The position numbers were made by a program, and so were the translations under genes. Of a stretch of 64,000 bases of DNA, positions 9,718 through 20,279 are shown piece by piece. The notes beneath the pieces are model-generated. The model did not search any database and was not told where the DNA came from. It saw nothing but the letters and a program-made list of their open reading frames with translations. Location: the IMG/VR virus record IMGVR_UViG_3300037294_000405, positions 32,001 to 96,000 of that record; one strand, 5' to 3'. The DNA is from a virus. Numbering within the stretch: position 1 is the stretch's first letter; each line of letters begins with the position of its first letter.

Positions 9718-10092
9718 ATGGAATTTCACATAAATAAAGACTCAACATTACCAGTATTAAAATTAGAATTAATAAATGATGGTAGAAACGATTTTAAAAA
9801 ATTTAACTATAAAATTCAAAACGCAAATATATTTTTTACCATGACCGATGTTATAACTGGTGTTAAACGTATTGCTAGAAAATTAACGACTATTGAACAA
9901 GTAGAACCTAGAACCGATTGTACAGGTGATGAATTTTATTTAACTTTTAAGTTTAATAAAAAACAAACTAGCCACTCTGGTAGGTATGTGGGCCAATTTG
10001 AAATTGATTTCTTAGATGGCTCTGGTAATTTAATAGTACCTATTAGGGAAGAGTTATTTATCAATATATTAGATGGGAGTATAAAAAAATAA
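9718..10092 (+). CDS. small beta-rich virion protein (BppU N-terminal-like)
   Basis: FHINKDSTLPVLKLEL...SGRYVGQFEIDF...P pattern, located after fibre genes. Confidence 0.55.
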   Translation: MEFHINKDSTLPVLKLELINDGRNDFKKFNYKIQNANIFFTMTDVITGVKRIARKLTTIEQVEPRTDCTGDEFYLTFKFNKKQTSHSGRYVGQFEIDFLDGSGNLIVPIREELFINILDGSIKK

Positions 10093-10100
10093 CTATTTAG

Positions 10101-10199
10101 TTGCAATATTAAGAATAAAATCGTAACTTTGTAAACTACAAAGTTAAAAAAATATTTTGTGTTTTTACTTGTCAGATTCATTTTTGTTTAGTACCTTTG
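10101..10199 (+). promoter_or_regulatory. two tandem Bacteroidota-type promoters upstream of DNA polymerase
   Basis: TTG(10101)-N20-TAACTTTG(10124-10131) and TTG(10169)-N20-TACCTTTG(10192-10199). Confidence 0.75.
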
Positions 10200-10214
10200 T
10201 AAAAAAATATAACA

Positions 10215-13200
10215 ATGAGTCAAACAAAAACAAAGGTAAGTAATGAACTTATCGAGTCTTTCCTTCAAGGTACCGACCCACAACAATACATAGTAGCGAT
10301 AGAAGCTAATTATGATAAACCAATGGTTACGCTTGTAATCAACGACAAAGATGCCACCCCAACCAAAAGGTTAGAGGACCACCCTTATAAACCATTTCTA
10401 TGGTTTAAGGATAGTGTGATTGATAAATTATACGGTGGTAAGCGTATGAAAGTAATAGAAGCATGTAGAAAATACGATATTAAAATTACATTACTTAGAA
10501 CTAATGATGACGAAGGGAATATCCCATTACGTATTGAAAACGGTTACAAGTACATGGCTATATGTAAAAAATCATACAATAACCTAGTAAATTTTTTTAA
10601 AGAAGGTGGTGTTGACGTGTTTAGTAAAGACAAAAATAGAGAATTTGTTATATTTAGTCCTACTGAACAATTTCTTATTCAAACAGGTAAGCGTTTATTT
10701 AAAGGAATGGATGATTATGACGATGTGCATAGATTTCAATTTGACTTAGAGACTGAGGGGTTATACGCTAGCAAAAACGCAATATTTCAAATTGGGGTTA
10801 GAGATAATCGAGGTTTGGAAGAAGTAATGGAAGTTAAAGGAACTAACGGCTACGAAAAACGTGATTCAGAAAGAGAAACTATCCAGAAATTCTTTAGAGT
10901 AATCGATATGGTTAAACCAGATATAATTACTGGTTATAATTCTGAAAATTTTGACTGGCCTTTCTTATTTGAACGTGCTGAACGTTTATCTGTTCCAATC
11001 ACTGAATTAGCTATCACCCTTAATAGGATTTCTAAGATTAAACGTAAACCATCAACACTTAAGTTAGGTGGTGAAACAGAAGCTTACAACCAGACACATA
11101 TGTATGGTTATAATATCATTGATATTTCACATGCTGTACGTAGAGCGATGGCAATTAATACTGAAATTAAATCATGGGGTTTAAAGTACATCACACAATA
11201 TTCCGAAATAGCTAAACCTAATCGTGTTTATGTACCTGGGGATAAAATTAATTCAACTTGGGCTGATAAGTTAAACGATTACGCTTTCAACGATGAAAAT
11301 GGTGATTGGTTTAAAATTACAGACAAGAACCCATTAAAAGAGAATTATATTAAAACTACTGGTCAATTTATTGTACAACGATACTTATGTGATGACCTTT
11401 GGGAAACTGAACAAATCGATAACATATTCAACCAAGCTAGTTTCCTTATTGCAAAGATGTTACCAACAACACTCCAACGTTCATCAACAATGGGTACTGC
11501 TGGTCAATGGAAACTTATCATGGCTGCATGGTCTTATGAAAATGGTTTAGCTATTCCAGAAACACAAACAAAAAGAGAATTTACTGGTGGTCTTTCTCGT
11601 CTACTAGAAGTAGGATACGCTAGAAATGTGGTAAAGCTGGATTATGCAGCTCTTTACCCTAAAACACAGCTTACACACAACATTTTTCCAGACTTAGATA
11701 TTAGTGGTGTAATGGAGGGAATCTTGACCTATGTGGTTGATACACGTGATAAGTTTAAATTCTTAAACGGTAAAGAAAAGAAAATCTACAAAAATTTAGA
11801 AACAAAACTTAAAGAGGAAAAAACTTTATTAGACAAAGAAAAAGAAACACTTAAAAAAGAAATACAAGAACATAAAGCTTTAGCTAACTTGTACGATAAA
11901 AAACAATTACCGCTTAAAATTCTTGGCAACTCATGGTTTGGTTCATACGGTGCACCTCATATTTTTAATTGGGGTGATACTGATTCAGCAGAAGAAACAA
12001 CATGTCGTGGTCGTCAGTATTTACGTTTGATGGTTCGACACTTTACTGAAACACATGGGTTTCGTGCACTAGTTGGTGATACCGATGGATTTAACTTTTC
12101 ATTTCCAGACAACGTTAATGACATAAAATATATAGCCAAGGGTAGCCATTGGAAAACAACGGAGGATGCTGGAAAAGAATTATCTGGGCTAGATGCTGTG
12201 TTGGCTGAGTTTAACGAAAATTATATGGAAGGTCGTATGGGGTTAGATATTGACGATATTTGTAATTCTACAATTAATTTTGCTCGTAAAAACTACGCTA
12301 ACGATATTGGTGGAAAGATTAAACTAGTAGGTAACTCGGTAAAATCTAAAAGAATGTCTGTTTACATAGAAGATTTCTTGGGTAAATCTATTCGTATGTT
12401 GTTAGACGGTGATGGTCATTCATTCATTAATTATTATTATGAATATGTCGATAGAATTTATAATTACCAAATACCTTTGGTTAAAATAGCTTCTAAAGCT
12501 AAAGTTAAGTTATCAATGACTGATTACAAGAAAAAAGCTACGATGAAAAATAAAGCTGGTAACCCATTACCTAAACAAGCACACATGGAACTAGCCATGA
12601 GAGAAGCTTTAGATATTACTTTAGGTGATGTTTTATATTACATAAATATTGGTACCTCTAAATCACAAGGTGACTTAAAAACAGTTGAGATTAATAAAAT
12701 GACTAAGAAACAAGCTGATGCTTGGAAATTGGAAAATCCAGATATGTCATTACCAGTTGTTAGGAAAGAGGTTCAATTAAACAGTAAATTAATAGACCCA
12801 GAGACTGTTGAGCGTGATTTTGAACTGATTAAAGAACTCGAAATGTTGAAAAAAGCAGTTGCTGCTTTGGAAGAAGGTGATGGGAATATTGAAGCACTAA
12901 AACTTAGAATGGAAAGCATTGATTCTCAACTATTCACCGATGAGTATAATGTTGCTCGTTACTTAGACGCATTTAATAAAAAAGTTAAACCATTATTAGT
13001 TTGTTTTGACCCAGAAATACGTGATAACATTCTTTTAGATATTGTTAAGATAAAAGATAAAGAAACTAAAAAAGTAACTGAAAAGTTAAAAGAAAGACAA
13101 ATATTCACTAGAAATGAATGTGAGTTGGTTTCTGGTATGCCTTTTAAGGAAGCTGACCAAGATTCTTACCAAGACCTAATGCGAATGGAAGATAAAGAAA

Positions 13201-14024
13201 TAAAGTTTTGGGATAAAGTTGATAAGTTACCAAATAACATGGAAGAAACTGAATGGGAAAAACTTAGAGTTGATTACCACGAACGTATGCGTATCGCTAA
13301 AATAGAAGGTCTTATTCGTGAAAAAGAAACGATAGAAGATATAATTAAACATTTAGAACTTAACGATTTAAAAAAAGCAATGCAAGGTGTGTTGCCTGTA
13401 GATATATTAGTTTTTTGCGATATTTCAGATGATGATTCGTTTTCACTTATTTCTAGAAAATGGCATGAACCATTATGTTATTTTAACGATATATTTAAGT
13501 ATGAAAAACAAGCAGTAGAACGAGATAACTACTACAAAATAGTTGGTAAAGAAAATGAGGATAATCGGTATGAAGAATGGTTAGATTATTTAGCCGAGTG
13601 TAAAGTAATGACTGGGGAAACAATAAGTTACGAATTTGAAACCATTGTTGACACTAAAAATATGAGTTTTGTGCTTGATAAGGTAAAAGAAAATTCATCC
13701 AACGTGGTTGTTGAACAAATAGTAGAGGTTAAAAAAAAGCGTGTTATGTCTGAAGGTGATGATGAAGATGATGAAATTGAAGAGGATGAAGATGGTAATT
13801 TAGTTAGAAATGATGAAGATTTAAAATTAGATGATGAATTTGATGACACGTATGGTGAGGTACCAGAAGGGTATGTAGTCGATGATACACCGTACTATGT
13901 TGATGCTGACGAACTGGCTAGTGTAAACGGAATGGATGAAGAAGCTGAATTACAACAACCAGAACCACCTAAACCAGTGGTAGAGTTTAAAAAAGAAGAA
14001 CCAGAAGATGATTGGGGTTTCTAG
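10215..14024 (+). CDS. family B DNA polymerase with long acidic C-terminal extension
   Basis: Exonuclease motifs FDLETEG, GYNSENFDWPF and YLCDD; polymerase motifs LDYAALYP, KILGNSWFG and GDTDG. Confidence 0.95.
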   Translation: MSQTKTKVSNELIESFLQGTDPQQYIVAIEANYDKPMVTLVINDKDATPTKRLEDHPYKPFLWFKDSVIDKLYGGKRMKVIEACRKYDIKITLLRTNDDEGNIPLRIENGYKYMAICKKSYNNLVNFFKEGGVDVFSKDKNREFVIFSPTEQFLIQTGKRLFKGMDDYDDVHRFQFDLETEGLYASKNAIFQIGVRDNRGLEEVMEVKGTNGYEKRDSERETIQKFFRVIDMVKPDIITGYNSENFDWPFLFERAERLSVPITELAITLNRISKIKRKPSTLKLGGETEAYNQTHMYGYNIIDISHAVRRAMAINTEIKSWGLKYITQYSEIAKPNRVYVPGDKINSTWADKLNDYAFNDENGDWFKITDKNPLKENYIKTTGQFIVQRYLCDDLWETEQIDNIFNQASFLIAKMLPTTLQRSSTMGTAGQWKLIMAAWSYENGLAIPETQTKREFTGGLSRLLEVGYARNVVKLDYAALYPKTQLTHNIFPDLDISGVMEGILTYVVDTRDKFKFLNGKEKKIYKNLETKLKEEKTLLDKEKETLKKEIQEHKALANLYDKKQLPLKILGNSWFGSYGAPHIFNWGDTDSAEETTCRGRQYLRLMVRHFTETHGFRALVGDTDGFNFSFPDNVNDIKYIAKGSHWKTTEDAGKELSGLDAVLAEFNENYMEGRMGLDIDDICNSTINFARKNYANDIGGKIKLVGNSVKSKRMSVYIEDFLGKSIRMLLDGDGHSFINYYYEYVDRIYNYQIPLVKIASKAKVKLSMTDYKKKATMKNKAGNPLPKQAHMELAMREALDITLGDVLYYINIGTSKSQGDLKTVEINKMTKKQADAWKLENPDMSLPVVRKEVQLNSKLIDPETVERDFELIKELEMLKKAVAALEEGDGNIEALKLRMESIDSQLFTDEYNVARYLDAFNKKVKPLLVCFDPEIRDNILLDIVKIKDKETKKVTEKLKERQIFTRNECELVSGMPFKEADQDSYQDLMRMEDKEIKFWDKVDKLPNNMEETEWEKLRVDYHERMRIAKIEGLIREKETIEDIIKHLELNDLKKAMQGVLPVDILVFCDISDDDSFSLISRKWHEPLCYFNDIFKYEKQAVERDNYYKIVGKENEDNRYEEWLDYLAECKVMTGETISYEFETIVDTKNMSFVLDKVKENSSNVVVEQIVEVKKKRVMSEGDDEDDEIEEDEDGNLVRNDEDLKLDDEFDDTYGEVPEGYVVDDTPYYVDADELASVNGMDEEAELQQPEPPKPVVEFKKEEPEDDWGF

Positions 14025-14031
14025 AAATAAT

Positions 14032-14055
14032 AAAGGGGCTTACGCCCCTTTTTTT
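14032..14055. terminator. bidirectional intrinsic terminator
   Basis: AAAGGGGC-TTAC-GCCCCTTT followed by a T run, between convergent units. Confidence 0.85.
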
Positions 14056-14058
14056 ATT

Positions 14059-14136
14059 TTAATAAACCCAGAACCCTAGTGGTCTGTATTTCATCGATGT
14101 ATTTAAGTCTGTTGCTTCTTTAGCACCTCTTTCTAA
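14059..14136 (-). pseudogene. displaced duplicate 3' end of the neck gene
   Basis: Translates LERGAKEATDLNTSMKYRPLGFWVY* versus LERGALEAGYLNTSMKYRPLGFWVY* at 15077-15154. Confidence 0.9.
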
Positions 14137-14185
14137 TTTTTTTTTTATCTTTTTAAATTTATCACATATTTATTATTAAAAAGAT

Positions 14186-15097
14186 ATGTGTATTAAAAGA
14201 ACAAACAGTAAAGGGACAACAGAGGGTTTTATAATTAAATCTAAAAACATTCACGGAGATAAATTTGATTATTCTAGAGTTATTTATATTAAAAGTAAAG
14301 AAAAAGTGAAAATTATTTGTTTATATCATGGGGAGTTTGAACAAACACCAGATAACCATATAAATAATAAGCAAGGTTGTCCACTATGTGCTAATAATGT
14401 TAAACTTTCCACTAAAGAATTTATAAAAAAATGTAACCAAATACATAATTTTAGATACGAATATTTAGTTACAATATATATAAATGATAAGACTAAAGTG
14501 TTAATAACTTGTAACTTACACGGTGTATTTGAACAAAAGGCTGGTAATCATTTTAGGGGGGATGGTTGTCCAAAATGTAGTGGTAATTATATGGATACAA
14601 ATTATTTTATTAACAAGGTTAAATTAATTCATGGGGGTAAGTATGATTATTCGTTAACTAATTATATATCACAACAAAAAAAAATAAAAATAATTTGTCC
14701 AAAACACGGTATGTTTAAACAAAACCCAAATAATCATATTAATGGTAATGGTTGCCCTATTTGTAAAGAATCTAAGGGTGAGCGTTTTATTAGTGAATTT
14801 CTAATAAATAATAATATTAATTTTATCCCACAATATAGGTTTAGTGATTGTAGGGATATATTACCATTACCTTTTGACTTTTATTTACCAGATTATAATA
14901 CATGTATCGAATTTAATGGGAGACAACATTATATACCAATAAAAATTTGGGGTGGGGATAATACTTTAAAAGAAATTAAGAAAAGAGATAAGATAAAAAT
15001 GGAATATTGTACCACTAACAATATTCCATTAATAAGTATTAAATATAATCAAAACATATTATCTAAATTGAATTATTTAATAAACCCAAAAACCTAA
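14186..15097 (+). mobile_element. free-standing putative homing endonuclease (repeated CxxH...GCPxC zinc modules plus C-terminal PD-(D/E)XK / Vsr-like nuclease)
   Basis: Three IICxxHGxFxQ...H...GCPxC repeats; ESKGE...PFDFYLP...IEFNGRQHY nuclease motif. Confidence 0.85.
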
Positions 15098-16216
15098 AGG
15101 TCTGTATTTCATCGATGTATTTAAGTATCCAGCCTCAAGAGCTCCACGTTCTAGTTGTGTTGTGGATGAAAGTCTAAGTAGTCTAGCCTCCAATCTTTCT
15201 AACACAGCTTTTTTCTCTTCATTACCTTCGGAGATAAGTGTTTCATAATCCATAGTTCTTTCTGCTTCTGGAGGTCCAACAACCCCACCAAACTTACCTC
15301 TAGTTCTACCTAAAGCTCTTTTAGCTTCTGCAATAAATAATTGACGAATAAGTGTTTTTGTTGGTTCGTTAAATTCAGCGTAATCTAATCTGGCTAAAGG
15401 GACTTGGTTTGGCATTTTAATTATATCTGGGTTATCCTCTTTACATTTATCTAAATTTTCTGGAGTCGTGTCATAATAATGATACCAAACTTGGCAACCT
15501 GTCATATTTATTGAGCTACCTACCCCACCCATTCCTTGTCCAAATGATAATTTAGAGCCAGGAGTACTCATTAAATGCAATAATTTAGTACCATTTGGAC
15601 CAGCAGTAACTTTGTGAACTAATTCACTTCTAACGATACGATTTTTTAAGTTCATATCGGCAGCCGTTAAAAGAATATCAAAAGCTGGTGCGATATAATA
15701 ACCTTGTCTACCGTTAGGACCACCTGTACCAACGCCACCACCTGTTTGTGCAAACCCACCACCAAAACCGTAATCAATACCACCATAGTTAGCCAATAAT
15801 GCTTGACTAGTTGGAGGAGGGGTAACCCATAATACTTCATTTATTTCACGACCAGCTGGAATAACATAAACTTGTCTACCAGCCTCAATTTCAACGTAGT
15901 CTTTTTTTAACTCCCACGGACCATTAGACTGCAAACCAACTTGTTTTGAGTACGCATAAGTATATTGTGTCATGAAATCAAAATTTCTAACACTCAAAGC
16001 AAATGCCATGTCTGTCGTATCTAAATTTTGCCCTAATAAAGATTGCCATTGGTGTTCAACTAACCATTCTTGGACATATTGAGCATAGTCCTCTATTGAA
16101 ATTTCTAATAGGGTACAAAGTTGCTCATCTTCCAATTCAATTTTACGCACTGGTGCGCCCAATGAATGTCTGAATTGTCGAAATAATTTTTCTTTTTCTT
16201 CTATAGTTACTGACAT
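15077..16216 (-). CDS. neck / head-tail adaptor protein (T4 gp13-like)
   Basis: N-terminal LGAPVRKIELEDEQL and C-terminal LGRTRGKF.G...G.EEK..L motifs characteristic of gp13-like neck proteins. Confidence 0.75.
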   Translation of the reverse strand: MSVTIEEKEKLFRQFRHSLGAPVRKIELEDEQLCTLLEISIEDYAQYVQEWLVEHQWQSLLGQNLDTTDMAFALSVRNFDFMTQYTYAYSKQVGLQSNGPWELKKDYVEIEAGRQVYVIPAGREINEVLWVTPPPTSQALLANYGGIDYGFGGGFAQTGGGVGTGGPNGRQGYYIAPAFDILLTAADMNLKNRIVRSELVHKVTAGPNGTKLLHLMSTPGSKLSFGQGMGGVGSSINMTGCQVWYHYYDTTPENLDKCKEDNPDIIKMPNQVPLARLDYAEFNEPTKTLIRQLFIAEAKRALGRTRGKFGGVVGPPEAERTMDYETLISEGNEEKKAVLERLEARLLRLSSTTQLERGALEAGYLNTSMKYRPLGFWVY

Positions 16217-16255
16217 AATAATTTTGTTTTATTATAAATATCAATAAGTTTTAAT

Positions 16256-16510
16256 TTAAGCTAAAAACTTCTTAGTTATCTCAACAGCTTCACTAATTGA
16301 TTGGAAGGAGACATTAGGTACCAATAATTGTCTATCTATTTTTATTACTGGGACTTCTTCAGCTTTTGAGACTTTAGAAATTTCATCCCATTCTTTAATA
16401 TTTTCTTCTAAGTTTATGTTTACGTCACGATATTTAATCCCTTGTGAATCGTAAATCTCTTTTAATTCCTTACAATAAGGGCATTCTGGGAAACTATAAA
16501 TTGTTATCAT
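16256..16510 (-). CDS. glutaredoxin / NrdH-like redoxin
   Basis: CPYC active site and VP motif, 84 aa. Confidence 0.9.
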   Translation of the reverse strand: MITIYSFPECPYCKELKEIYDSQGIKYRDVNINLEENIKEWDEISKVSKAEEVPVIKIDRQLLVPNVSFQSISEAVEITKKFLA

Positions 16511-16511
16511 A

Positions 16512-16739
16512 TTACATTGTTATTAAGTCATCTACCAATAAAGCAGTTATTTCATCTTCTGTTAATTTTTTATCACCCATAATTATATTGATGATGTCTT
16601 TTTTACTATTTAACATAGACCACATTCTACTCGAAATAGTATCGTCAAATAATTGATAGTAAACATTGACATCATTTTTTTGACCAATACGGAATGCTCT
16701 ATCTTCTGCTTGTTCATTGTTCCAATTATAAATCACCAT
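16512..16739 (-). pseudogene. duplicated alternative C-terminus of the SNF2 helicase (possibly translated as a 75-aa peptide)
   Basis: NNEQAEDRAFRIGQKNDVNVYYQLFDDTIS is 29/30 identical to the helicase motif VI region and then diverges. Confidence 0.85.
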
Positions 16740-18573
16740 TCAATATTTTTTGGATTAATAAATCTGTTTCATTTTCTTTGGTTATATTTTCAACACCTAA
16801 TATTATGTTAATTATTTCTTGTTTTTGTTTTAAAGTTTCCCACATCCTTATTGATATAGTGTCGTCAAATAATTGATAATAAACATTAACATCATTCTTT
16901 TGTCCAATTCTATACGCTCTATCTTCAGCTTGTTCGTTATTACCAGTAACCCAATCAAATGAGTTAAAAATAACCACAGTTGCTTCAGTAAGTGTGATAC
17001 CAACACCAGCAGATTTTATATTACCAACAAAAACTTTTACTTTATCATTGTTCTGAAACACATCAACTGATTTTTGTTTTTGTAATGTTGTCATTGGGCC
17101 ATTGTGTTTAACCGCCAATTTACCAAAGTGATTAGATATCATTTCTAATTCATCAGTGAAATTAGTGAATACTATCACTTTACGACCCATTTCAATAGCG
17201 TTTTCTACCATTTCAATAGTATAAGGGATAGCTTCTTGTGCGATAAATTGTCTAAGTAGGATAAGTTCAACTAAATCTTTTTGTAGGTTATCTGTTTTCT
17301 TACCCTCTAATTTTCTTTTTTGTAAGTATTCTTCCCAAAGTAATTCATATTGTTTAAGACCTTTTTTATCTAATATATGGTGCATAGGTGTCACTACTTT
17401 ATCTGGCATATCCAATACTTCAGTTTTTAAACGTCTAATAATAGTGTTTTTGGTTTTATTGGCTAATTCTTCTAAATTACTAGCACCATCAGTAAGCCAT
17501 ATTTGTTTTCTTTGACCATTCTTAAGGGTTCTAAAGAACTTTCTACCGTCACAATACCTTACAGCATAATGTTTCCAATTATCTGCGATAGGGGACTTAA
17601 TAATCTTTAAAAGATTAAAGAAATCCATAGGTCTATTTGCGACAGGTGTACCAGTTAACAACCAAACTCTCTCTATTTTTTCTTTAGCACAAAGTTCCAC
17701 CATTATTTTACCTCTAATACTTTCATTATTTTTTAAATAATGAGCCTCATCAATAATACATAAATCATAATTAGCGTTTATCAATTCTCTATTTAAAATT
17801 TCTTCTGGTTCACCTTCTTTTGGTTTTTTACCAGAAGATAAAGTATGGAAATTTTTAAGGATATCAAAATTAATTATCGTAAATTTAGCGTCACTCCATT
17901 TTTTACCGTCAATAATTGTTGTGTCATCACAAAAAACATTAATTTCACGCTCCCAATTAATTTTTGTTGATGATGGGCAAACAACTAATATTTTTTTAGC
18001 ACCGCTTTCTAAAGCGGCAACAATTGACTGAATAGATTTACCTAAACCCATGTCATCTGCTAGTATACAACCTTTCCTAGATAACAAAAACTTTATACCA
18101 TCTTCTTGATGTTGGTAAAGTTTTTTGTTATCTAAAGATAAAACTTCATTGTATTTTGAAAAATCAACGTTTACATTTATCGATTCAAAATATGGGTCAT
18201 CAGTTAGTTGTGTTTTAGGCAACCAATACATTTTAGACTCTTTTTGGTTTTGTTTTAGTTTACCGTATATATGAAATGTTTTATCTGTATCAGCAAGGAT
18301 GAATTCAATTAAAACTTTTTCTGGTGTAAAAGATAACTCATCTATTTTTTTTAGTTCTTCACCTAGATAAGGTGTTATACCAACAACCCTATTAATGAAG
18401 AGAGGTTCCCTTTCATGGTTTTCAGTAATGTATTTTGATTGGTTTTCAGTTAAAGCCAATTTATTATTTTTCAAAAAAGCTATTTTTAGTTTTTTGATGT
18501 ATGGATTTATCCCTTCATATGCCTCAAGCAATGAAATAGCTGAATGTCCTCGTATATCGTCTAAATTTATCAA
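16726..18573 (-). CDS. SNF2/SWI2-family helicase (HARP/SMARCAL1-like)
   Basis: LADDMGLGKS, IIDEAHYLKN, LTGTP, GVGITLT and QAEDRAYRIGQ motifs. Confidence 0.93.
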   Translation of the reverse strand: MINLDDIRGHSAISLLEAYEGINPYIKKLKIAFLKNNKLALTENQSKYITENHEREPLFINRVVGITPYLGEELKKIDELSFTPEKVLIEFILADTDKTFHIYGKLKQNQKESKMYWLPKTQLTDDPYFESINVNVDFSKYNEVLSLDNKKLYQHQEDGIKFLLSRKGCILADDMGLGKSIQSIVAALESGAKKILVVCPSSTKINWEREINVFCDDTTIIDGKKWSDAKFTIINFDILKNFHTLSSGKKPKEGEPEEILNRELINANYDLCIIDEAHYLKNNESIRGKIMVELCAKEKIERVWLLTGTPVANRPMDFFNLLKIIKSPIADNWKHYAVRYCDGRKFFRTLKNGQRKQIWLTDGASNLEELANKTKNTIIRRLKTEVLDMPDKVVTPMHHILDKKGLKQYELLWEEYLQKRKLEGKKTDNLQKDLVELILLRQFIAQEAIPYTIEMVENAIEMGRKVIVFTNFTDELEMISNHFGKLAVKHNGPMTTLQKQKSVDVFQNNDKVKVFVGNIKSAGVGITLTEATVVIFNSFDWVTGNNEQAEDRAYRIGQKNDVNVYYQLFDDTISIRMWETLKQKQEIINIILGVENITKENETDLLIQKILNGDL

Positions 18574-18684
18574 ATCTTTTTGTTTTTAGTCTTGGTGTAA
18601 TTATATATAAAGATAATAAAAATATAAATAAAAATCAATAGTTTGTGGTTATTAATAAAAAGATAAATATTTATAATTAAAACC

Positions 18685-19206
18685 ATGGACAATAAAAAAA
18701 TCACACCTATAACACGTATCAACAAGTTCTTTTCCGAAGAGGATTTTAACTTAGAGATTTCTATGGGTAGAGAGGCGATTGAAGGTGATGGAAATTTTAC
18801 TATTATATTGTATAGAGTTAATAGAGATATTAGCGAATATGATAATCTTTATGGTGAAGCATCTAAAGATGGTATTAGATTTTTTCCACCAGTAGAATTA
18901 AAAGTAATTCCTATTATGGCAACACCAGAAAACAAAGCATACAATAAAAATGGTGGGTTAAGGTATTTGCAAGATGGAAATTTAACATTTGGGATTTATG
19001 ATTCACAATTGTCAGAATTAGATACTATACTTAGCTACGGTGATTACATAGGTTACCCAGTTACTGAAACTGAAATTAGATATTTTAGTGTTGTTAATGA
19101 TGGGGTTAAGAATTACGATAACAAACATACTATTATGGGTTACAAAGGTGCTTTTAGAACTGTTGAATGTGCAGCAGTTGACGCTAATGAATTCAGAGGT
19201 TTATAA
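18685..19206 (+). CDS. head completion / neck protein (T4 gp14-like)
   Basis: LYGE..K....FFPPVEL...GDYI pattern; preceded by the late motif and followed by tail genes. Confidence 0.55.
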   Translation: MDNKKITPITRINKFFSEEDFNLEISMGREAIEGDGNFTIILYRVNRDISEYDNLYGEASKDGIRFFPPVELKVIPIMATPENKAYNKNGGLRYLQDGNLTFGIYDSQLSELDTILSYGDYIGYPVTETEIRYFSVVNDGVKNYDNKHTIMGYKGAFRTVECAAVDANEFRGL

Positions 19207-19220
19207 ATAAAATATAAGAT

Positions 19221-20279
19221 ATGGCAATGCCTAAAGGATATATAACCGACATAAATATAAAAAGTCAAAAAATTGGCCCAGAAAGAAGACAGGAAATTCT
19301 AGATGGTATTGCTGATAAAGGTACATTTTTACCTAAAGGTGTGTTGGAAGAAGATATGGACCAAAGTTTTATCGATTTTATGAATAACGATAAAGGGTTT
19401 TCGATTAGCGTTGGTGAAGATAAAATACCAGTAATTTTTTTAACCATACAACGATGGACTGAATTTACTAAAACATGGCAATTTACTGATAAATATAAAA
19501 ACATTGAAATGCCTTTTATAACTGTTGTCAGAAAACCAGATATTCAACAAGGCCAAAATCAAGCTGGTCTATGGAATATCCCAGGAAACAGAACCTATAC
19601 TTATATGAAAGTACCAACATGGGATGGTGTAAGACGTGGTGTTGATTTATATAAAGTTCCACAACCAACATCGGTAGATTTAACTTATGAAGTAAGAATT
19701 TTTACTAACAAAATGAAGGACTTAAATAAGTTCAATAGAAAAATTCAAAGAGCTTTTCAATCTAAACAATGCTATTTGAATGTAAACGGACATCCTATGC
19801 CTTTGCATTTAGAATCAATTGGTGATGAAAGTAATATAGATGATTTTGAAAATAGAAGGTTTTATGTTCAATTGTTTGAAATGAAATTGTTAGGTTATAT
19901 ACTAGATGAAGATGACTACGAAGTTATACCAACAATGAATAGAAATATATTAACTGTTGAGTCTGAAGACCCTAAAGTTTATGACAATAATATCATTAAA
20001 GAAACTAAAAAAGGTAATACAGTAACTTACGCTTTTGTTTTTAAACCAAGAGCTGAAACACAATTTTCTTTTATCGCACAATATTCTGTTAATTTTACAA
20101 ATATTATTGAGGTTGAAGATATAAGTAGAATAACAATAAAAATTAACGACATAGTTGTTTTTGACGGTTTAAACTTGAACACGCCCTTAATCGTTAATAG
20201 TAACGATACGGTTTTTGTTAGGGTTTATAAACCACTAGCAATTATAGGTTCGTTTAAATTAATAGGTAGTACAATATAA
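19221..20279 (+). CDS. tail completion / terminator-like structural protein
   Basis: P..VDLTYEVRIFT..MKDLN pattern reminiscent of gp15-like tail terminators; genomic position. Confidence 0.5.
   Translation: MAMPKGYITDINIKSQKIGPERRQEILDGIADKGTFLPKGVLEEDMDQSFIDFMNNDKGFSISVGEDKIPVIFLTIQRWTEFTKTWQFTDKYKNIEMPFITVVRKPDIQQGQNQAGLWNIPGNRTYTYMKVPTWDGVRRGVDLYKVPQPTSVDLTYEVRIFTNKMKDLNKFNRKIQRAFQSKQCYLNVNGHPMPLHLESIGDESNIDDFENRRFYVQLFEMKLLGYILDEDDYEVIPTMNRNILTVESEDPKVYDNNIIKETKKGNTVTYAFVFKPRAETQFSFIAQYSVNFTNIIEVEDISRITIKINDIVVFDGLNLNTPLIVNSNDTVFVRVYKPLAIIGSFKLIGSTI

Noticed and set aside
10215-14024. Intein in the unusually long DNA polymerase (also checked the DnaB-like helicase and recombinase)
   Set aside because: No block A/B or HN-C/S/T motifs are visible. 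The extra length comes from insertions and an acidic tail.
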